From Craspedostauros australis (Eukaryota), in the NCBI GenBank assembly GCA_030167865.1, contig JALAGF010004104.1, forward strand, positions 1-64,000: a stretch of DNA of 64,000 bases. Reading direction: 5' to 3'. The translations under genes and the position numbers were made by a program. The notes under the pieces were generated by a model, which searched no databases, was not told the DNA's origin, and was given only the letters and a program-made list of their open reading frames with translations. Below, piece after piece: positions 45,681 through 56,395 of the stretch; position 1 is the first letter of the stretch, and every line of letters starts with the position of its first letter.

Positions 45681-48600
45681 ATGATGTCCACGATCACCAG
45701 CACTCCCCCTCCGCAGCAACGGAAGGAGGAGGAGATGATCCACGACATCCTGCTCACGGATCTCGATCGTGAGCCGACGATGGAGTTCACGTTGCCATCC
45801 CACTCCTCATCCGCGTCTCCAACAATCTCTGATAATGGCAATGACAACGACAATGATGACGACAATGACAACGATGACAACGAGCATGACAAGCAAAAGA
45901 GCAATGAGAAAGGAGAGACGAGCACACACTCCACAACGATACCAGAGTCAACAGCGGAGCAAACCGGCATGCCCACAGCCAACGATGATGCTCCAAGTCC
46001 TATCCCCGCCACGGCATCGGCCGACACAAACCAGGAGGAGGAAAGCACGGACACCGTCTCGATCTCCAGCCACGCGGAACGATCCTCCCCGCAAGCGCAG
46101 CAGGAGGCGGCAGCAACGGACAACGTGGACGACACCAGCGACACTCAAGCGGATGCACCGTCCGTCGCGGCAGGAGGCCCCGCACCCGAAATACTCTCGC
46201 CAGTTCACTACTCCTATGGGGATGACGACTACGATGACGACGACGACAGCGATGTTGCAGATTCTGCCACGCCGGTGTCGCTCAACGCTCTCTCCACGAC
46301 AGACGATCTGGAAATGGAAGGCATCCACCTGCTCAAGCAGATCTTCCCAGACGAATCCACGGAGTCATTGCGACGCATGCACCAGAGCCGGGTTGGCCAG
46401 AATCAGAATCAGCCTAATTCTACGCAACTGCCGTTTCCCTCGCACGCTAGTCCGGCCCAACATCCTGGTCAGCATCAAGACCACCCATCCGACGCCGACC
46501 TCCAACATCAGCAATGGTTGCTGCAGTCGCAAGGCCCCAATCAGGCACAGCGCAATCCGACGGACCAACGAAACCAGGCCCACCTCGAAAGGGAGTTACA
46601 GGCATACGAAAGACAGCGTCTGGAGCTCCTCGAGCAACAGGCAAGGCGCCGCAACGAGATGGACAGGTGGAGGCGAGCACAACTACAGCAACAGCAACAA
46701 CAACCCGGTGCGCGAACTCCACCGCAGATATCGTCGCACATGCGCTCCATGCAGCAATTGTCTCCCTACGGCAACATGTCCACCGTCAGCGATACGCAGT
46801 TCGGCCTTCCGCAAAGCGCGCCAATTCTAAACCCTAGCACCAGCATGTCATCGATGCCCGCGGCTCCGCAAACGATGGGTTTGGAGGAACGGCATCGCCA
46901 GCAGCTGGAGGAGCTCAAGAGGCAGCAGGAGCTGGATTTGCAGGAACGCCACCGACGGCAGCTCGAAGAGCTGCAGAGAAAACAGCAGGAGGAACTACAC
47001 CTCTACATGCAGAAACAGCAGCAGGAAATGCAAAGCGCGCAGGGGGGAAGCATCCAATCCAGTCTCGGTGAACATGCTTCCGTGCACTCGCAAACGGCTC
47101 AGCATGCGTCTGTCCTTCAGCAGCAATTGGGCCAACCACGAGAAAGCCCACACGGCGGTCTCCACCCAGACGCGATGATGGCAACGGAACCGAATGTCTG
47201 GGATGCCGGGCCCGAACTCCAGGATGATAACCAAGACTACCCCGAAACCATGCAACAACACGCACCAAGCGAGCACCACCACCAGCAACATCAAAGGCAT
47301 CCGCAAAACAAGCCATCTCTCCAATGGCAACACGAAGCAAGCAACCGTCCATTTCACCAATCGGAGGATCTGCGAAACTTGGGATCGCAACACAGCAGCA
47401 GCAGCCGTGGACGTCGCCGAGTCGTGCAGATTCACCAGCCCCAACAAAGACAGCACAACGGCACGGGAATGGAGCGACATGCCAATGATGGAATTGCGGA
47501 CTCGCGCAGGGAAATGATTGAGCGGCGCAAATCACGATCCCAGCCTCACCTTGTCAACAGCATTGAGGAGGCCGCCAAGGCGCTTGCTGGATTCGATATA
47601 GATTCGGAAGATGAGGACCAGCCCCAGCAGCAGCATGTTCCAAGTGGCGACTCCTCTGCATCTCGGATCAACAATTTGAACCAGCGCTCGCAGGCCGGCC
47701 ATCGCGATTCCGTGGACGGGTCAAACCACAACGACCACCGGCAACCGCTGACGACGGCGACACCCGCACACGAAGCACCGACGGTTTTACCAACATCACT
47801 TGGCATGCCAATCAGCTTGGGTCGCAGTCAATCGCGATCCATCGAGCAATCGAAGCACGATCTTCTGGATGATCCTGACGAAGAGGAGCTGCTGCATGCT
47901 CAGATGGGCGGCGACCCCAACCTGCAAGCCGCGTTGCCTTCGGGATTGCAGCGCAATCCATCGCAGAGCATCCAGCAAACCAAACACGACCTTCTCGATG
48001 ATGGTCCCGACGACGACGGCGACGAACAAATGCACGCACACATGAATATGGGTCAGAATCAGACGACGCCCTTCGGCTTGCAACGCAACCAATCACAATC
48101 TGCCACTCAACGACAACAGCAGCCGGGGACGCAGTCGAAACACGATCTGCTCGACGATCCAGACGAAGAGGAGCAGCTGCATGCCCACATGCAGATGCAG
48201 ATGCCAACGATATCTGGGGCTGGACGTGTTGCTGGGCCACACAATCTACTGCAGCACGTTCAACCTCTGCCAAGCCAAACGGCCACGCGCGATCTTCTCG
48301 ACGATCCAACCGAAGAGGAGGAAGTCCATGCCCGGCTCATGGCAATGCCAGCCAATGGCGCGTCTCAGCAAATGCTGGGCCAGCACGCGCATGGATCGAC
48401 TGGAGGACGGTCACTGCAGCACACAGCACATGACGACGGATCAAGCAGCCGAATGAATCCTTCCATCGCCGAGCATGGTGAATTCAACATGTTCGATGGA
48501 CCTCCTCAGGGCAATGGCAACGCTCCTCCCCAAAGTCAGATGATGGAAGGATTCAAGAGCTCCGAGCATGATCGCTCTTCCTCCCAGTCACAACTCAATG

Positions 48601-51600
48601 ACAGCACGCATAGACAGGGCAGCACAGATTCGTCAAGGCTGGCCAATATGCTGCGACAGGAGGAAGAGGCGCAGCATGCCAAGGTTCCCAATTTGCAAGA
48701 GCTGCTTGGTGGCGATGCCGCCCTCCTGGAACCAAACTCCCTTCATGAACCAACTCCATCCTCCGATGTGTGGCAAAAGCAACAAGAAACGCCGAGCGAA
48801 ACCGTGTTGCAGCAACGGCAATCGAGAAATCACCGTCGATCAGCTCGCCCTCGACGACAGTCGAAGTATCCAATGCAATTAGAACCGGCATTGGTGCAGG
48901 CCTTGGATGAGATCGTACCTGAGAACGAGGAACCGGAGCAATCGCAACCGCAAACTCATCAGCAACAACAGCAGCAGCAACAACAACAACAACAACAACA
49001 GAATAATCAACAGCAGCAGCAACCGCCGCCGCAACCGCAACCGCAACCGCAGCAATCAACTCCACAGGGAGAAACACAGACAGCTCCAGATTTGACCGAC
49101 ACTCATGATTACGGCAGCACAGACTGGGACTACGATGACAACAATGACTTCAATTTTTCAGGGCCCAAGCCATCCTCATCCTTGGGACTCTACCTGTACA
49201 ATGAACTGCGGAAGGCCCAGAAGAAACGTCGGCAGAGACCTGTGCAATGGCAGCGGCCAGACATCGGCGATGATTTCTTGCGTCTCCCGATGAGTGTTGC
49301 ATTCCAGCGTTACAATTCCTACACCGACTCCATGAGATGGGAGCTGGTCCAGGACTTGGAGGACCAGGCGCTGGAACAGCACAAGAACGTGTCGCTGCAC
49401 TACAAGGTCGACCCGTGCAGCCCATCGGATTTTTACACCGTCGTGCTCATTCGAGATCCAAGGATCGGGCTGGGCATGACACTGAGCGAGTATGCGAACC
49501 GCATTTTGGTGCACTCAATCGCACAGGAGCAACCGGGGCTCGGCACCGGTCCTGCGCACAAGGCCGGGGTCATCCCCGACGACTACGTTATTGGTATCAA
49601 CGGAATTGCGTTCGATGCATCGATCATTCCGTATGCCGATTCCACTGTTTTGCGCCACGCGGTTCAGGCCATCCAAAACTCTCCGGACCCGCTCGTCGTG
49701 CATCTGCAGCGTCATCACCATGCCCCTCCTCAGATACAACCACCCACACCGGCCTCCCAAGGCATGTCACAGCCATGGGGCCAAGCGCAAAACAGAAACA
49801 ATGCTGGTCAGAACAATGCGAGTGGCTTCGGCCAGCAAGCTCAACAACGGGAAAGGTCGCCACCAAGAGACCCTCGTCGGTTTTCTCGCGTCTCAATCAC
49901 CACCCTGGAAACATTGCCCCCGTCGCTTCCACCCATCGTGGATGTGAAGAATATTCGGAGGAACGAGTCCCTGCTTGACACAACCAACGAGAGCGTTGCA
50001 TCTGACACCAGCAGTATCACCAATCCACCAGACGAGCTCGCCGTTTCCCAGGCCTCTCACAGAGTCCGGCATGGTGGAGTTGTTGGCAGGCCAGTTCCGG
50101 AGCAGCAGCAGGCACAGAGCAACACTGGTTACAGTAACAACGTGGGGTTGCAACCACCACAAAGTGCGTCCGGCTTCAACTTCAGTAGCGGAGACAACGT
50201 CGGCAGAACCGGAAATGCAGGCGGAGGACGGAGGACCTCCGTGAACAGCAGCCACCGTCCTGTCGGAATCCTCCGCCGAAGTAGCTACGGTCGTCCACCA
50301 ATTGCTCAGAACGTGAACTTGGCGCTCAAGGAATTGGAGCTTATGGCTGGTGTCGACGATGACGATGACGACGACGAGGAGGAGTTGAACAAAATCATCG
50401 ACGGTCCGAGCAGTCAGAACAGCAACAACCGCGGCGCCGCGAACTTCAACGCGACCCATTTACAATCACACTCACAGATGCAACCACATGGATCAGCGAC
50501 GAACCAAGTGCCGAAGAAGAGAATGCGAATTCACCCATTCGCCAAGGCACTGTCGAAACGTGAGTTGCTAGAGAGCACCGAGGAGGAGTTGGCCATCACA
50601 CAATCCTTGGAGGACCTCACAGAACGCACTCGGCAATGGGAAGCAAATTCGACGCTTCGAATCCATCAGAACGATCACTACATCATCCCTCAGTTCGCCG
50701 CTGAGAACCTGCCTCTCGAGCTGTCTTTTCTCTTCGGTTCTGACGACGCCCCCGATGGTGGTGCTGTCAATCGCTCGTTCGGACCATCGACCCCAACGTA
50801 TCCAATGGATTCTCCTTTGATTCCGAAGGAGTTCCTGCACATGCTGTACGGTGATGACTACAAGGCCGAGGGCGATCTCGATGGGAATGGAGCAGGTGGT
50901 CAGATGGGGTCTTTCGGCGACGCGGCACAGTCCAACTCGGGGCTCTTCGGCTATTCTGGTCAATCCGGAAATCAGGGCGCGGCGGACGGCATGAACCCTT
51001 GGATGACATCATCTGGTCCCACGCCAGAGTATTTCATCCCCCTCATGGGAATTCGAAAGGCGTTGTGTGCGCGAATCGTCAACAAAAATCCAGAGGGAGA
51101 TCGTCTTGCCTACACCATATGGTGCTACGACGTTGAGAGCGGTAAAGAGTGGTACGCGCCGATCCGGTACCTGAGCGACTTCATGGACCTTCGCGAAAAC
51201 ATACTTCCGTTGTGCCCACCAAGCAGCAAGATCGCGCAGATGCCGTTCCCAAAGAACGGTGGCAGCGGTCTCCTATTCAGCAGGAAGGAGGCCAAGGAGA
51301 CCGAGGAATCCGAGGAGATCACGCAGGAGAAGATAACCCAACTGGAGCGCTTCATGCGAGCTCTTTGCTCGCTGATGTACACACACAAGCTGCACCCCGA
51401 TGTTGGCGATATCACTGCTCGCGTCCAAACCTTCTTGGGGTGCGAAGCGGCATTCCCTCCCGCACATTCTGTCCAAGGAGGCGCCGTTAACCAGCTTCAT
51501 GTTGACAAGAAGGGCATGGCACTCCTGAAGCTGGAAAACCCAGATCACGACGACACTCAGCTGCAAGTTCGGTTGATGCTGAAACGTAGCATCCAGCGGT

Positions 51601-52781
51601 ACACACATCGCCTATTCCTGGTGGAGTCCATGAGGCGCATAGTGGATCACTTTGTTGACAACATGCGAGCGCGTGGGCCATCGCTTGTTGATGTGGAAGC
51701 GTTGGAAGGCGAGGAGAAGGAAGCATTGAGGACGAGGGCGCTCAAGGAGATGGACCTGATGCAGAGCTATTTGGACCATCTGCAGGAGCTGATCATGGAA
51801 GGATGTATGGCAGACTTCGAGTCTATCTCTACGCGAAGGGAGTACCACAAGATCGAAGACTGGATCAAGGCGTCAGTCGGAGGGGAAAGGGTTTACTGGG
51901 ACCGGCTGGTGCGAGAGGCCGTCCGCGAACAAATCGAAATCGAGGTGTATGTGCCACTTCGCGGCGTCGTTTCACGTCTGTTGGTCAACGGGTGGAAGCA
52001 GGAGGATATGGAGGTGTATTTCAAGATGAACCAGCTCCGCAAGCAGTCGCAGGAGGACTTCCACATCCCACCCACCAAGATGAGTCCATCGAACTGGCAG
52101 TCGGTGGCCGAGATCCTTCACCAAGGCGTCGCCCGCAGCACGCTGCCATGCGCCAAGCTCCGAGCGATCGTGGATGCCGCCAGAGAGATCACTCGTTTGC
52201 ACCAGGATGAAACATCGGAGAGGAATGCCATGCTGATCAGCAGGCGCCAAAAGGGAAACGGTGACTCCCCGTCGCTTTCCTCCAGCGAGGCTTTGTTGAG
52301 CGCCGATGACTTCATGCCGATCATCATCTTCAGCGTTGTTCGCGCCGAGATGGAAAGACCGTGCGCGCTCTGTAAGTGAAGGAGTCCAGCGCTTCTCACA
52401 CTGCTATGTCCTATGCACACGAGTATTGCGTCGTGCGATGTTTGTCGCAAACATCTGCAAACATCTCGCATTGATCCTGCGGAATTCGCATGTGTTCTGT
52501 GGCACCAGCCTCATCAACTCACAAATATTGCTGTACGTATCGTTGCACCGTTGCTTCATGACTTTCATCGCCTACCAACAACAACAACAACCCGAATCAT
52601 TTTCACTGCGATCCCAACAGGCGTCCTACTACGGACACTCTGCGACGGCATGAACCGCATTGGCGAAATCGGCTACTTCCTCGCATCGTTTGAAGCGGCT
52701 GTCACGCACATCCAGGGGATCGACCTCAGCAACCTCGCACAGGGCGCAAGAAGCACGGCAGAAAGCACTGGTATCAAGTAG
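45681..52781 (+). CDS. large VPS9-domain (Rab5 GEF) protein with CUE-like, PDZ and PX domains; exons 45681-52371, 52621-52781
   Basis: LKQIFPD (CUE-like); GLGMTL..GPAHKAGVIPDDYVIGING (PDZ); YTIW..RYLSDF.DL..FPK (PX); LSADDFMPIIIF and GEIGYFLASFEAAV (VPS9) joined by GT-AG intron 52372-52620. Confidence 0.85.
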
Positions 52782-53089
52782 ACTACGACATGAGACGGAC
52801 ACTGCTGCTGCAAGCGCACTACACGGACATGCGCATGGACAAGGGCATGGTCATGCACATGAATGGTTAAATCAAACGATGCAGCCCATGCGGACGATCT
52901 TCACCTTGGTTTCGCACTGAGTGAAAGCGCACGAGGATGAAGAGAGATCAAACATAATCTACTCTACTCTAATAGACAACAACACCGTAGATGGGGTGAT
53001 TGCATCTCTCTGCCTGTAATATCTTTGTGTCATAACATTGCAAGCGCGGTGCACCAATGCGAGTGCAATACTCTGAGACAGTGCCATGG

Positions 53090-53575
53090 CTATTGTTTCT
53101 GTTGCTGTGCCTGATCGCGGCGCACACGTTCACGATTCTGTGCCTGCACGGCTGGTCCTACGAGGTCTGGGCCGAAGTCTGTTTCCTGCTCCGACTGCTT
53201 CTTGAGATGCTCCTTGAATCCCTTGCTGTAGACGTACTCTCCATTCTTCCAATCCCAATTGGGATCGCGGCCCGCATCCTTCGAGCCGCTATTCATGAAG
53301 GCACCGCGCTGCACCTGCGACGGCGTCAGCGCATCGTCGCGGTCCGTCAAGTTTTGGATGCGCGCCGTCGCGATGTACGGAATGGAGGCCATGCCACCCA
53401 ACACGGTGAGACAACCCAGCACAACCTTCGCGCTGGACTTGGTCGCGGAAGCACCGTCGGCGCTCGCTGTATTGAGCTTCGTGGCCGCCTTCGTTGCCCT
53501 GGATGTCGGCTTCACGTGTCGCATCAATTCGCGTGCGACTTCCGGCGGGAGATTCTTCAGAGATTGCGCCAACAT
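53090..53575 (-). CDS. small conserved single-TM protein, possibly mitochondrial
   Basis: Basic N-terminus, TM VVLGCLTVLGGMASIPY, motif QVQRGAFMNSGSKDAGRDP that I recall from small conserved plant/fungal proteins. Confidence 0.65.
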   Translation of the reverse strand: MLAQSLKNLPPEVARELMRHVKPTSRATKAATKLNTASADGASATKSSAKVVLGCLTVLGGMASIPYIATARIQNLTDRDDALTPSQVQRGAFMNSGSKDAGRDPNWDWKNGEYVYSKGFKEHLKKQSEQETDFGPDLVGPAVQAQNRERVRRDQAQQQKQ

Positions 53576-54293
53576 CGTGTTTGGTTTGTGTTCACGGGAC
53601 GGCGACCTTTCTTTCTCGACTGATGGAATGGAACGCGTTGATGGATTGCACAAAGTATAGCAGCAACCGAAGTGATGGGGATTGTTCGCTTTTGTCTCCG
53701 TCTCGATGTGTGGTGAATGTTGTGGTTGTTGCGCTCGTCACCTCATCCATTGCGTTCTGCGTCATTGCGGGAAACGGGAACGAACATCATTCGCGCATTT
53801 GTGTTGATGAACTGCTTAAGAAATCGAACCAGTCAAACAATATCGATCAATGCGACTACAATCCAAGCTCTTTTTCTTTTGCGAATCGCAAAGCAATCTC
53901 CCAGTCACGTTTCTTCTCGCCGAAGATACTGTGTCGCGTTCGCTCGTTGAGGTTCTCACGTTTGTCGTGGAGGCATCCCAACGAAGTTCGTTGTTGATCT
54001 CTGTCTGTCGCTTCTCATTCGACACGAACAGTTCGTCTTGTGATGCCAAAGGGGCTCAAGGAACAACAGCCAGAACCAATACGCATCACTGGTCCAGCAT
54101 CGATCTACTTCATGGTTGTGTGCCGCAGCGCATCGCAGCGCGACGCTTCGTGTGGTGCCATAAAAATACTCTTCGCAACTTGCAGCTCGTGTCATACGAG
54201 TACATCACGCATCACGCACCGCACATCACCGAAGCTCTACTCTACTCTACTCTACTCTGCTCTGCTCTGCTCAACTCCATCTCCAAGCGAAAC

Positions 54294-55529
54294 ATGACAT
54301 CGGCAGAAACTCTCGTGGTGATCGGCGGCGGCGTCGGCGGGCTGATCGCCATCTCCGAGGTCAGGAGGCTCAACCAGGAAGTTGCCATCACTCTGATCGA
54401 ACCGAAGGACTTCTTCGAGGTGCCTTGGTCCAGCGTGCGCGGTCTCATCGATGCGAAGGTGTCTCACGCCTCCACCCACTCCCTCAAGGACTGGGCATCC
54501 GAGCACAATGTCAAGCTCATCAATTCTTACGTCACGTCGATGGACGAGGACAACATCAACATGGCCAACTCGCGCACCATTGTCGACTTCGATCTCGTGC
54601 TCGTCGCGGTCGGCGCCACGAATCCAGAACCGGGCTTGGGACGCACGACGCCGGGACAGGGCGGCAGCATCGAAGAGGGCGACCGCCTCGATACCATGGC
54701 GAAGCGCGGACAGGAACTGATCAACTGCGGATCCGTCGCCATCGTCGGAGGCGGTTTGATCGGCATCGAGATGGCGGGAGATCTCGCGGCCACAGCCAAG
54801 CAGCGAGAGATCCCGCTGCACGTGCATCTCATCCACTCCGAACCGAGGCTCGCGATGAACGAAATGACGGCCGGTGCCTCGGCCATGGCGCAGCGCAAGC
54901 TGCAGAAGCTGGGCGTCACGCTGCATCTCGGAGAGCGGTGCAAGAAGATGTCCAACAACCCCGACGATCAGCATGATCTGCTCCTTCCGGCATCGAACAC
55001 GCAGGTGTCGGCCAACGAGATCGTGTGGACCACGGGCATCTCGTCGCACAACGACTTCCTCGGCGTCGACTACAAGACCTTCGAAACGAACTGGCTCAAG
55101 GTCGACGAGTACTTCCGCCTCCTCATCACGGTGAAGAGGAAGGGGAATGTGAACAAGCCCTCCGAGAAGTACTTTGCCTTCGGCGACTGCTGCGATTGGT
55201 GGCCCAACACCGGCATGGCCCTGATGGAAAATGGCAAGACCATCGGACACAACCTCACGATGGCTCTGTACACCATCGCCGAACGAAAAGCCGCCAGGTC
55301 CGGAGCGGCAGATGAAGGTGCCGCCAAAACGAAGACGAAGTCCAAAGTCAAGCCATTCAAAAAGGCCAAGGCGCCGCCACGTATCACCGTCACCACTATC
55401 GGGCCAAAAAGTGGCGTCGCCAGCGGCATCGGATGCTGCGGTCACACGCAATTCATTCTGCCCGGCATGAAGAACAAGACGATGTTCTTGTCCAACATCG
55501 AGAAGGCCGCCGACTTGCAAGGGCTGTGA
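54294..55529 (+). CDS. AIFM2/FSP1-like FAD/NAD(P)H oxidoreductase
   Basis: VVIGGGVGG, FDLVLVAVG, AIVGGGLIGIEMAGD, WTTG, LKVDEY and FAFGD motifs; start MTSAE at 54294. Confidence 0.85.
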   Translation: MTSAETLVVIGGGVGGLIAISEVRRLNQEVAITLIEPKDFFEVPWSSVRGLIDAKVSHASTHSLKDWASEHNVKLINSYVTSMDEDNINMANSRTIVDFDLVLVAVGATNPEPGLGRTTPGQGGSIEEGDRLDTMAKRGQELINCGSVAIVGGGLIGIEMAGDLAATAKQREIPLHVHLIHSEPRLAMNEMTAGASAMAQRKLQKLGVTLHLGERCKKMSNNPDDQHDLLLPASNTQVSANEIVWTTGISSHNDFLGVDYKTFETNWLKVDEYFRLLITVKRKGNVNKPSEKYFAFGDCCDWWPNTGMALMENGKTIGHNLTMALYTIAERKAARSGAADEGAAKTKTKSKVKPFKKAKAPPRITVTTIGPKSGVASGIGCCGHTQFILPGMKNKTMFLSNIEKAADLQGL

Positions 55530-56395
55530 AGATGAGTGACCGACACCCTCATCCCAAGTTGCTCGACGTCGCAGCGATCTCTGATCCGTCGACATCTCCC
55601 GCATCGCCTTAATTTTAGTGCCCGACCAGGTGGAATGCTTCCTCCATGGGCAAGGATCGCTTCCACTCCTCTACGTAGAAGTGCAGATGTATTAATTTAT
55701 AATATTATATCATATTCTATGATTTATGAGTTGTAACCTCTGGAGAGGGACTTGTCTTCTTCTGCCTACAGAGACGAGGATGGTACCTTTGTACGACGAC
55801 TGGTGGAGTTGTCTATCGAAGCGATGACGACACAAGTGATCAACATCGCGGAAGCCGCGGTAAAATGGACGTCACTGACACATGAAACATCCATTTTGCG
55901 TAGCCTTGTTGGTTTGTCTTGCTGCTGTTCAGAGCGGATGCGCGGTGCTCCTGAAGAATGAAAAACGTGAATCCAAGACTCAATTTTTTCGCTCGATCTG
56001 GTCTGGCCAAAAGAGCAAACAAGATGATGACGAAAAAACAAACTGGCGCAACGCGGTGCAAAATGGGGATTCGAAGACTTCCTCATGCTTCATCTCGTTG
56101 TTGTCATTGCGACGTTCACCGCGCGAACATGCTCTGTTCTTGCTCGTATCATCGGAGTGCAGTTTTCGACGGATGCTCGGATCCACAATCATTTTACATT
56201 CGCCATCCTCAGACAAGCATACTCAGCATACTCGATCGCAATACTTGTGCAGTTTGACAGGCTGTTTGAGGCAACAAGAGCGGCATATAATAATTAGCAA
56301 CTTATTCAATTTATATAATATAATATATAGTAAGTAGCAACAGCAGGAGCAAGATTAGGAGCATCATAGCAAGAGCCACCACAAAGGGAAGAACC

